NCBI GenBank assembly: GCA_002633005.1
Contig: NMRA01000007.1
Coordinates: forward strand, 758,362-822,361
Source: Phoronis australis
Taxonomy: Eukaryota; Animalia; Phoronida
Direction: 5' to 3'
Length of the DNA: 64,000 bases
Part shown: positions 40,601 to 53,174 of the stretch, piece after piece
Layout: each line of letters begins with the position of its first letter
Position numbering within the stretch: position 1 is the first letter of the stretch
Made by a program: the position numbers and the translations under genes
Notes under the pieces: generated by a model
What the model was told of the DNA's origin: nothing
Databases searched by the model: none
The model's input: only the letters and a program-made list of their open reading frames with translations

Positions 40601-43600
40601 CTCTAGCCAAACATGCTTCGTGACAGGACTACACGATAACAGGAGCCGTTGTTGTGTAGCCTACACGAAATAACACCGAACTTAGCGATGAACGTGGATG
40701 ACGTGCGCTCAAAGTGACCAACTATTGTCGCCAGTCCACAGTCTGCGCAAAGCGGCGGTGTCTTAATTAAGATCTCGCACTCTTATGGAAACGTAAACTA
40801 ACAAGGAATATATCGATTATAGATATTTGCTAAAACAAGGACACTTAATAGATGGAAATTTGAATATTCAAACTGAGCTAACGATAAATGTCACGAGCGT
40901 CTCATGACTTGAGCTGTCTTGTTAGCGCATTCTCCCCACTGCCCTGTACATTGATAGAAGCTGACGAGATGGCCTGATAAAAAACGTTGGCGCTAAACTG
41001 ACAAATGTTAGTAAAGGTGTTATTGAAAGTAAACAAACAGTGCCGCGAATTCAAACAATCTAGTGTTTAATGAATGTCACTGACTCAATACGAGATTGTA
41101 TATGGCACAGTTGATTTGCATACAACGCACTATACCCTGGTTGAAAACTCTTTTAAATGCGTTAGTACACTCTCAGCTGCACATACATACACGACTAGCT
41201 TGTTGCCCAATATGAGGTTATTCCACAAGTCATTAACGTCGCGTATTACATTCACCGTTCACCCTAGTGTAAAGGTGTTCCCTAAAAGCCACTGAACTGA
41301 GTTAATTAAATTTTCCAGTGGTGGGTGTTTCATACTACGAGCCGTACAGCGTGACGACTGGGGAAAGGGAAAAGGAACAGTTTTCCCTGCGAACGTCACA
41401 TGGAAAATATCCGTCAGGTGGTAAATTTAAATTCCTGTTGAGCTATACGAAGTCTCTTTTGACCAACTTATGAATTTCGACCTATCAACTCGGTTTACTA
41501 TAGGCTTTTAATACGCTCCATTAATATTGTAAGAGACTTCAGACGGGGTTAGAATTCCATAAAGGGGCCTTAGCCTCCATCAAAATTGTACTCACCAAAA
41601 AGATTTAATTATTTCTTGAGCTTCCGCTGACGCAGTCTAGGTTGCAACGGCACTTTCGATATTTCCTTACTTCCGTTTATCCTACAAAGAAGGGCATAGG
41701 GACGACATGTTACAATACCCAACTACTCCAGTCTGTGCGATGTTTAGTTACTCGCGTAGTAAACGAGAGTTTACTAAAATGCTATTACCTTATAAACCGC
41801 TATCATAAATACTGCTTAAACCTCTTGAGAGAGATACACACAAAAGATTTAACAGCTTAAGTTAAAAACAAGGCTTAAACATGTAAAGTAGGCTTACGTA
41901 TAGCTTAACGTGAGAGTGCCGATTGATCCAGTAGTCGTGCTTATCAAGGCTTGTGTGTGTATTGAACTCGGACACTGACACGACACTGGCATATAGGCAA
42001 AACTATCGACCAATCAGAGCACAGATGGGCGGATCACTCGGAATGGAGTGCGCGCGCGCAAAGTAATCCGTCATACGTGAGGGACAACAGAACTCGTGAA
42101 AACGCAAAGTTTGCGATAAAATTAATTAAACAAGTGATGTGGCAATGCGCAAGGTGAACGTATAGAAGAAGTGTTGTAAATTACGCGTAAAATGCGGATT
42201 AATACTTTCGTAGTACCTGTTCACTCACCTGTCTCCTATGAGAGGTAAAATAAATTCAACTTCCTGAATCCAATTATTCAAAGATTGCAAGGAAGGCAGA
42301 ACTTGAAATGCAGTGCCAAAATATCATTAAGTTAAATCGATCTTCTTGTGAAAAATGAAAAGCGATTGCAACAAAAAATAATTAGGCAATAACTACAAAA
42401 CTGGTATCAGTATTATCATTCTCAATTAATATTACACCACCAATGAAGCATATGATACAGACTGTAATGTTTTAATAAAAATGATTTTAATTATAACTTA
42501 TAAAATGCAAGAAATCTTCCAGATTTCTGTAAGACTATATGCACTATTTTGTTGATTTCAAAGTAGTCAATTGATGATTCTGACAATTTCTTTTTCCCCA
42601 TCCGATCATTTAGTATTGACCAGGTTAAATACATATAACACAGGCAATTTTCCGGTTAAACTGTATTCAATACCCTACTGGAGCACGTTCGTAGACCGCA
42701 GTTCTATAACATACAGTCTATGGGAGCAGTACATATTCACACGGTGAGTTCATTCCGGCTCACTTCACAGGCAACATTCAGTGCTTCAGATCATTAGACA
42801 ATACATCGTACTAGACCAATGATTCCTGACTCCGACCCAACTCCGATTACTGGCATAAAATGTACTTACTGACTGTTGAACAGCAACGAATACCTCCAAG
42901 CCAGCAACAGGACGAATGAAACTTGCTGGATGTGTGTGCTTCTGTCTTCGCCCCGTGCTATTCATGAACATAGACTTTTTACCTACTCTCGTCGATCCGT
43001 TACTGATTTCATATGAGAGATGGATTTTAATTGTCAAACTATTGTTAGTGATAAACCGTTTTAAAGTGCACTGAAACTAATCCATAAAAGAATATAATAA
43101 ATATGGAAAATTGCTTTCTGACTGCTAATATGATGTTTTGTCATTAAATTTAATATTTCAACTATCAAACAGTTTAAATTACCAACTTCAGAGAAACTGT
43201 AACTGTGCTCGGCTGCTTGTTGATGGTTTATTTTGAAAGCTTGGTCGACGTAACAAACCAATAAGTCAGAGTCTGTAGGATTGGAGTGTCAAAATCCCAA
43301 AAGGAGTTGAAACCTTGGGCTTATCTCGTCAATGAACAATGTATAATGGACACTCGCGTTATAACGCGATAAATCGAATCCAGCATTAGTTTTGTAAAAT
43401 GGTTGTGTAAAAACTTCAGCGAGTGCCACAAGATGGCACGCACCCTGCCCGCTGTTTTGACATTAATCAATGAAACGTCAGGTTTTCCTTGTCACTTGAC
43501 AATCAAAAGTCCGCATTCTACTCTGCCGATGCTAAAGGTGTAAAAGTGAAATCCAATCGCAAAATTTGAGGCAACTGAAGACGACCGGGCACCTGGCTAG

Positions 43601-46600
43601 GTAATTAGCTTTTAGAAAGGTGAGCTTTCTGAATCGTGTCCCTGTTACAATTAATTTAACCATCTCAGCAGATTGACGTCGGTATCGAGCGACGAAACAA
43701 AGTTTTGACCGATTTTAATCCCCATTAACATAGATTACCTAATTAATCAATTTGTACGAAAATTTGTCGCAACAATTAGTTAGGTTTATTCAAAATGTCC
43801 AAACCTAGATGTTGCGACTGTAAGAACCCTTTTGTCGTCAGGGGAATACTCCAGTTTTACAATTTTTATAAACGAGGTTATGCATGTTGTTTTCTAAAAT
43901 AGCCATTGTAATAGCATTGACCTTCACTGTAAAATTGAACGAGACGTTTAATTTACTCAACTAAAGTTGCTGTTATTTTAAATTCGCACGACGAGAGTTA
44001 ATCGTTCGATGAGTCATAGTTTAAATTTATCAAAACCGAATGGTGGACGTAACGACCGTATTATACTCCATTGCAGTGTGATAACCCTTCATGTTATAGA
44101 TAACGTAATATTAAGTATGACATTTATTAAAACGAGATTTACAAGTCATAAGACACATTTATCAGTGTTTCGTATCAAGAATTTGACAGAACCTGAACTT
44201 TTTAGTGAAAAATGTATACACTTCGTTCCGAAAGGTAAGACGTATTCGATGGCGAAATTGATGTCTATAAATCTATATATTGTGTCATTCATAAACCTGG
44301 TGTAATCCCTTTGTATAACGGATTATCACATACTCGATAAACTATCACCCTTTTCTGCTCACAGACATTTTGTTCACTGTTGCCGTGACGTAATTAAAAT
44401 ATACCACAGAACAACCTGTCCATTGACTTCAATCTAATTATTCATTAATAATAATATTTATTTCTAAATAAATCCGAATCTTTTGCCGAGTCACGTGTCA
44501 CCTGACGAAGTTCTACACGGGTGTTTCTCTTTACGAAAATAAAATTCGTTGGCCATAACTTATAACTAACAACACGAAGTGAGATATTCGCATAACACTC
44601 CCCAAAATGAATTTTGATCTTCTACATAATTAACAGTCGGTGCTCTTTTGTATGATATCATAACTCACCAAAATGAAGAGAATTTAATGTTAATTTCCAA
44701 GCTTAATTTAAATCTGATTTCCAAAATTCCTGAACGTGTACCGTACAATTGCCGGCAATTTTTTATAGTAAAATAAAAACACAAATAAGATATTATAATT
44801 ATGAAATACTGCCATTTTGGTGATATCTATTCATTGACGAAATTTGTGAAAACTAAAGGTTCTTGGCATAAAGACAGAACATTATTTATAAAAGTTGTAA
44901 TTCATATAAAGGCAACGCATCGCCAAACATTTAAACATTTATCCATAACTACGATGACTGACGTTGTGTCATAAACGAATGTGTATTCACCGTCGCTAAT
45001 GTTTTTGTCGCTCTAGAACGACATGTTTCGCGGAAATTAGAGTGTTTAACGCGCAGTTGAACACCTCCTAATTGCTTCACAGTCGTATAACAAAGAATAC
45101 AAGTCGTTTGGTTTATTTTTTCTCAAATTAATTTATAGGACTTGAATGGAAATCATGTTTCATCAGGTCACGCTAATGCAGGCCTGTGTGTGTTAAATGA
45201 AAACGGAAAACTGAGGACGGACAGGCAATTGACTACGTCTAATTGAGCCACTTTGTTGGTGTCGCAATATGTGGCGCGTCTACCGATCTCACGGCCACTG
45301 TGTCGCAGAAAGCATTCGGTGGACTGTACAAAGAGTGCGATATAAATTAGCGGAAATGTCAAATTATTTGTAACCCGAGAATGTGAAAACATCTTCGCGG
45401 ACACGTGTCGCCACGGTTACAGGTAAGGTATTCCTTGACCGCTGACCCCGCACCCCTGACTGTCCTGACGCCCCCGTCGTACACACGACTCCCATCTACT
45501 ACACGACCACCCGTTATTGGATACACATGTTTTCTTTGTGGCCAGTAATGGATTGATTGAAATGTATTACATAATTGCTGTTAATGACAGTTCTTAGGAT
45601 AATTTGAGCGACTGAATTCATTACCGGACCCATATGGCATGTTTTCGCCGTGTTGGATGTCCAAGGCAGCGTTGTTTTACTGAATATTTAGATTTTTTTC
45701 AATAGATTGGGGCGTGAACAGTTACGAGTTATTTCATTTCAGATTCAGCATGGAATGAGAGTTTTACTTTCAATAGATTTTATAACGACAGTTCCATTAC
45801 AGCACGTAATATTAGAATGACATGCAATACACGCTTAAAAATAGATTTAATCTGAAGTTTTGTAAACCAAGAAAATGAAATTGGTTCTTCTCGATTCGCT
45901 AGTAACCGTGTTCTTAAACAAACCTTTGTTCGTGTCAGTTTTGTTCGACTAGATTACGGTTAATCACGAAACGAACTTTTCGTTATTTACTTATGTGCTA
46001 ATAAAGACTGTCCGTGTCACTCGTTTTAGACGACATGTTTGTTTTTTCGTTTTGCTCCAACTGTCCGCTCGATATTAGCCAGATATGCACTGTGGTTCCG
46101 CAACTCATCGTCAGAATATCGAGAGGCGACGTTAAATGAAGTCCTCTCACTTTTTTAACATCGTGTGGTTGTTTAGAAATTGACCGAGACGAATAGAATT
46201 GTTCTTTGAAAAACCACGACGATTTCGATGACGGCCTGTAACAGGATTTTCGTTTTACTAAATCGTAAGAAAACTTCAGGTGCACCTGACGCCGTGAAAA
46301 CGAAACGAAAACAACATCCTCGGCTTAAAAAAACTTATAATGAAATAAACGTTTGTTCAATTCTATGATAAATTAATGCACGAAATTGATAACGTTCCAG
46401 GTGTGTTTTCGTGGAATATCTGAAGTGAAAACGAGGCACAGCACGTGAGTTATTTCCTACCGTTCAATACGCAATCTTATTCTTCGAAAGTCAAATTTCG
46501 GAAACGTTTTCTTCGCCGATGAGTTTTCTTTTCATTGACATCCAAAGGTATATATATCATCAGCCTAATTTAGATCAACGCGTGAGTGCGGGACTGCCGC

Positions 46601-49600
46601 AAGGAAGTGCTTTAACGCCACACAGAACAGCAGAGGTCCAATCAATTAAAGCTATTATTCGTAATTGTTACAAATTGAGATCAATTGTGGGGCAAGTCTT
46701 CGCTTTGTAAGCTCTCCCACTGCGCTCCAGAGACAGTTTCGAACGGAATAACCCCGGCGAAGTGCACGGGACAGGAGAATAGAAAGGGAGGTCTAATTTG
46801 ATGGAATGTCGAAACCCCGTGAGACATGTTCACATGTAGTGCACCGCTCTGTAATTTCATGGTTTATAGAATCGGAAAATGAGACGTCTTGCTAAATTCG
46901 ACTCCATTTTTATTCAGCGGCGTGTTATTGTAACACGGAGACAGTTCTTGAGCATTTCTGATAACCCGCAGGGGTACGGGGACTATGATAATGAATATCT
47001 GTGTCACACAGCCGTGTAATTGTCACCCTCAAGTTTGGAATTATGTTCAAAATTTTATGAGCCGTGAACCAGTTAAAAGTAGACCATTTGCGTTTTCTAT
47101 GACGTCATGTTTTCACGACACTTTTTTCAGCTACCTGGTTGTACTTGTTTCTGAGACCGGGATTGTTGCGCAGAGGTTTTTAATCGACTGTTGCATTGGT
47201 TAATATTTTTGTAAGTATACCAGGAAGCTCTGGTGCTATTCATGAAAGTTAACTCGGGAAATTATATTGAGACGATGGACCTATTCTGGTGTTCTAACAT
47301 CCCAAAAATGGTTAAGGCATTTCTTAAAACCAGGCCCACGAAATAAAAAGTACAATAAATGCGTCTAAAATTTATCCACTTGTGAAAAGTAATAGGAACT
47401 GGCAGTCACTTATTCTTGTTTTTATCTAACGCTGTCCATTTGGGTGAACTAGAAAACCAATGAACAGAAATTTAGTGTCAAAAATTGACTAGTGCACATT
47501 TCAGTGGCCCTTTTTTCAACAGTTCGCGATATGGTGCTTTGCTGTCGTTCCGTGGACTATTTCGACACCACTGTCCAGACAGGAGTACGAACCACCTTGT
47601 TAACATAATGAGATCAAACTATTTTGTGCCTGCGTTAGTTGTTACATCTTCCCCCTGTAAATAAACTTAAGTGTGTGTTCTGCAACTGGAAACGGTGAGA
47701 TGATTGTGTCGTTTTGACATGCGCACACTTCCGATCTGCTTTTTGTCAGCTACGCCCCACATCGGACACCGTCGCCGATTTGGTCGTCACAGTCACCGTC
47801 TGGAGCACGCGCCGATGGGCAATAATAATACGACGGTATAATAGCAGTTTACCAGTAAAACCAAAATTATCAAATTTTCCCGGAACAAAAATAAACAGAT
47901 TTGAAAACAAACCGCAAACTAATGTGGTTGACCCTTAACCCATGCGAATTAGACCGATCAATAAAACATATCGTCCGTCGCCTTAGCTTGTTGTCATTAT
48001 GGTCATTTTCTCTTTTTTCTAGTTTTTGTTGCTGCTGTTACGAAATCTGGATGTACAATAGTTCAACATAAACAAGTTATTAAATTTGTGGCAGGTGCTA
48101 GACCGTTAACAGTTAGTAACACGTAGAACTCATCGCGTCCCTAAGGCTTGGCTTATTTCTATTGTATTGGAGATCATCCCGGATTCAGCTCATGAGACCC
48201 ATCCGTAATACCGCAGTTATTCAACAAAGTGAAATTTCAAAACATTGCGTACCCTTGCTCATTAGTCTGTTTTACAACTGTGAAACGTTGAGTGGCTGTC
48301 GACAGCTCGGCTTTACTCATGCGGAAACCTTGATTCATTTTGACATTAAATGGCCAAAGTGGACCAAGTAAAGGCTTTCTGTGAGCATTCGATAGTTTGC
48401 TGAGATTATTGACAAACACTACGGAAATTACGTTAATGCGTTTTTCTTTGAATGTGCACTTCAAGGTTATTCTTGGGAAAGTGTGTAAATCAAAAAGAAC
48501 GCGTTAATTTTGTACACTATTTACAGAAACAAACTTAAAAATGATATACACTGATCTCCACGTTGAAATTATATCGGAACAGCCAAAGACATTAATGGTA
48601 AATTTTGTGCGATTTTTGTTTCATCATGCGAGCTGTTAAAACATTTTTCTAATTACTCTTCTCAATTCTATTAATTGCGTGTGTGTAAATTCCTTAACCG
48701 CAGACAATGAATTTACGACATTGGCTTGTCCTGTCGTAAATTCGATTAAGAACAATAAGTAGACAAGCTGGCTGGAATTCAGGGATGTTCGCTACCAATG
48801 TCAGATCTTATTTAGAAGTACTGGGTTAAATCCCAATTTTCCACTTTGTCCGAAGTCATGTTGGCCATTGAATTCGGCGAAGAAACTGACAACGTCGAAA
48901 AACTAAGTGGCTAAATACGATACGCCACACATCGGCCCATAATTTGATAATTTACGACGTGTCTCGAGAGAGGTAGGCCATTAACTGAAAACAAATCCAC
49001 TAAACATCGACTTCTGTGCAATCTCTCCAGAAACTGTTGACAGTTGTGCGCTGCCAACCAAGTGTTGTCGTGTAAGTTTGTAAACATTGAGAAATCCATG
49101 GCAGTTTCGTGGCCGGAAGTCAACGTTTAAGGATGCTCGTTTCTTTGTTTTCACCAGATTAGAATGAAGAATGAGTTACATAAAACGAGTATTCCGTAAG
49201 TTAAAGCTCTATTTGCAGGGGTTTGTTTGATGCCAAAGTTTATTAAATGGTCATTCAACAGCCAGTGCGAGAGTTATTTCATTGATTCAATGCCATTAAT
49301 TCAAAATTAACTTTTAAAAATGTACATTAAATTCAGCATAATTTCAAATTTGATGTGATGCTGAGACAGCGTCATTAGGGAATAAATTTTGAATGGATTG
49401 GTTTATGAAAAATTCGTGTTATTAATTTAACATTAACATGAAATGTACAAAGTATTTTGGTAAACAATTGAATGAATTTCATCAATCTGCTTCTTCACAC
49501 TTCAGTGGGCCAAATACAACTGCGACAACCGCTTAATAATCTACAAAACAGACAGCAATTGTAGGACATTATTAAAAATCTGAAGTTAGTAAAATGATTT

Positions 49601-49993
49601 TGCGACAATAAGTACCACCAGTGCTGTGTCATAACGTAAACTTCGCTGCACGATGAGTCCGTCGTTACCAACGTGGATGTGTTTAATGTGATTATTTCAA
49701 TTGTACGAAAATTAATTACCATGTATCTAGGGAGCAGGTGATTAATTGGTGGTTTGTGTGTCCAACCGAATACAATACTCGAGTCATGTCCTCACTAGTT
49801 ACCATAGAACACCTTGCCCCAGAGCAACTTGCGCCCGTTCTACACTACACGCTCAACACCTTGCGACAAATACGGCGCACAAATGAATAAATATATCACA
49901 TGCGCGCGCCCACGGGAGACTCGGGGGACTCGAATGAGTCCTCCCCCCGGCATTTGGCGAAGTGGACAAAAAGGTCCCCCTCAGATGAACAAC

Positions 49994-50132
49994 AACTCCG
50001 AAAAAAGTTGAAAACGAGACAAAAGTCCACTAAAAGGGCACGAACTAGCAAAATCAAATCCTGCGAATGCACAATTCATAGCTCTGAACGTACTCCGTTA
50101 ATCTTGCTAAAAGGTCCACAGTCTCAAAAATT
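49994..50132 (+). repeat. Interspersed repeat, copy A (copy B at 53041-53174)
   Basis: About 140 bp of direct similarity, including the exact GCGAATGCACAATTCATAGCTCTGAACGTAC. Confidence 0.85.
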
Positions 50133-50551
50133 AGAGCCCCCGCCCCATTTTTAGGTGGGATGGGCGCATGTATCACCTACGTCATCACGTGCTGCAGGAT
50201 GACAAAACAGTTTACCTGCTGAACGAAAAATAGTAAAGATGAGACCCATTCTGTAACGAAAGATGCTCGGGGCTGAACGCTAGTACAGTTACATGCTTTG
50301 TTTGTAATCCATGACGATATCGTGAGCACGTGGGGGATTTTGCCAAAGTCCCAATAAGGTGGGCACTTGCAGAACGCAGCCCTGGCTCGCGACTCTGACG
50401 AAAATTTCGTCAACCGTCACGCCTGGTTATTGGCATCTTTCTGTTGACAAATTTATTGCCGCTATAAGCGAGATCGCGCAAAACTACAAAAAAGCACATA
50501 CTGAAGGGCAAGTGTTTATCGTGTGTGCTCAGGAACTTAACGTAGCCTTCC

Positions 50552-50718
50552 AAAATGGTGGCCGGTGATGTGATTGGTCGGTGAACTTAGAGAAGGTGAT
50601 GTGATTGGTCGGTGAAATTAGAGTGTTGAATTATGGGATAAAATTTGCTGTTTCCGTTCCTTAAACGAAGATTTTTCTTCGAAAATACAAGTTACTCTCT
50701 CGGATCTAAGGAAAACAA
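50552..50718 (+). repeat. Diverged interspersed repeat related to 222-350, with an internal ~31 bp tandem duplication
   Basis: Shared AAAATGG.GGCC...GTGA.TGGTCGGTGA.CT.G...TTGA.TTATGG...TCTA.GGAAAAC. GGTGATGTGATTGGTCGGTGAA occurs twice in tandem. Confidence 0.6.
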
Positions 50719-53040
50719 CTATCATCCCCGTCGATTTTGTTGTTTTAGTTTGAGAAAACAGTTTATTTACTACTCACAAAAACAATAAATTACCTGAGTT
50801 ATGAGGAGCCTGAACCAGGGTTGAGTTTCGAACCCTCTGACGCCGCATTAATAGCTAACCATCAAAATGTGTAACTGTAGTTACAAGACAAAGAATTCGT
50901 CTTCTTACTCGCTGGTACCACCAAGCGCCCACGTTGGCCATGTGGCGTGAGGTCGGTCGCGTGCCAAGTCGGCTCTTCCTTAATCCGCAGTAATGAGTGG
51001 CGGGCCTGGATTGATCTCCATTTTAACAATTTATATTTCAGGTAATTATATTGATTTCTAAACAGCCTTGATTGACTTCGTTTAGGTGTGTGTCGGGTTT
51101 CTTTGGAAATGTGTCGTTGTTGTCAAATTTATAGAAGACAAGGAAAGTGCACGCACATGTTATGATCGCGTTCGATGGGTTATTGGGAACTGCGCGCATT
51201 TTAGTTCTAAACACTGGCATTCGGAATCTCTTCGTCAAGTCTCAAAAATGGAAAGTAGGCTAATCTTTGATCAAAAATATCCAGTCTTAGTTTCCACAGA
51301 CCAGAGTTTCACCTTCCAAATTTTAGAGAAAATTGGTTAAATTCAATATAACAATCCTTCTAATTGTGTTTCAGTCGCACACGTTCGTCGCCGGGGTCCC
51401 AGGGGCAGTGCGACTAGACGAAAGACACGAACAGAAAGTAGTTCCAGTCATCGTAAAACGGAGAATATTAGATGTCTCTACTGAGATGTGCAAACCCACT
51501 GGGAGAAAGGGATGTGTAGAAATGTGCACAGAAGGTGCACGAGATAATGAATGCCTCGTTTATTGCCTCCATTTGTTAGTTAATAAAGAGTGCAGGTTGG
51601 ATAAATAGGTGATAATAAGCTTAAACTAACCAATTTGTCAAGAGCACAGTTTCGTGAACCATCGGAATTGAAACAGTCGGCAATTTGTGTATTTAGCCTG
51701 TGAAATAGACTGTTAATGGCACGCGACTCAATATTGGTAGCAATTGTTTCGCCAATTGAATCTAATTTGATTCCATTACAAAACCGATTTCAGCGGACAT
51801 CAGGAGGCGGGGCGAGACGGTGACGTCACTGTTATTGACGCATATCGCCAAAAGCTCCCATTACCCATGACGTTGAAATATACTACCTGCTGTGTTCTTA
51901 CACTCGTGCAGTAATCTGATTTCAAAGAATACTACGCTACCTACAACATGCGTTTTACAAATAAAAACACCATTCAAGTTCAGTTCATATGGATTTGCAC
52001 AGTTCTCAGTTTATGTCCGAAACTCGGTTCAAAGAGTTTGAATGAATAGCGTCGACGCCGTTCGACGCCATTGTCGTCTGGTTCCATCTCATTTCCATTA
52101 GAATGCCATCGGAAGAAGAAGTGTGTTGGTAACGTCTGTCGATTAACTTGTGACAAATTTCAACTTTCTATAACTTGTCGCTTAGTTTCTCAAAGGAAAC
52201 ACAGCTATGAGCACTAGGCAGGCACGTGTGCCATATTTATTTACTGCCAGTTTTGTTTTGCTATGGCAACAGCCGTGCAGAGCAATCAATCTATAGAAAA
52301 AAAACAACCACGCGTGCAGGAGAGTAAATCACGGCCAGTTCATCACTCTGTTAAAAAATGTATTTTTTAAAACCACTGTCTCGTTTTTAAACTAAAAGTT
52401 ATTCTTACACGCCAATCCTAATTAACACTTCGTTAAAATGTTAATTGAAGCTAAAACAAAATACCCCCTCCCGTTTCAATTACCGGTTGTGAAAATGCTA
52501 TGGGGTTTTTATGCCGATCTAAACCATTAAAGCGTAAATGTTGTCTAAATTAAGTTCATTCATTTTCCCTACTTGCTGTCGATTAATAGGATGACTGTAC
52601 GCTTCTTCCTTGTGCGTGGTTTTCCAAGCACGAAATTTGCCGTGGCTATTTAAAACGTTAATTTAATTGGACTGTGAGTTTTCAGAGAGACCACACGGTA
52701 ATTTAAAAACTGATTAATAAACTACACTGGTAATTAATTGCTAAACATTAAGTTTATTTTGCAAACCGGCGTCACTTAAACCCGGCCAAAACCACTTGTT
52801 GAGGGCGGCCAATGTCGCGTGCGCGTGTGACATTCACGTCTAAACGGACAGCTTAGGTGACAGGGAGCTTGTGAAATTTACAAAACCTTTCATAATCGGC
52901 TTTTGGGTAGTTAACATAGGATAGGCGAACTTTCTGAATGACAGCGACGGAGACTTCAGTCTTGTGTTGTAATATGTGGTACTAGACGATAGGAACTGCA
53001 AAGAGTTTGTGTCAGGAAATGCCACTTACATGCGCGCAAA

Positions 53041-53174
53041 AACTCCGAAGAAAGTAGAAGACGAGACAAAAGTCCATTAAAAAGGCAAGAATTACCAAAA
53101 TTCGGCGAATGCACAATTCATAGCTCTGAACGTACACCGTGAATCTTAGTAAAAGGTTCATATTCTCAAAAATT
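53041..53174 (+). repeat. Interspersed repeat, copy B
   Basis: Direct similarity to 49994-50132. Confidence 0.85.
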
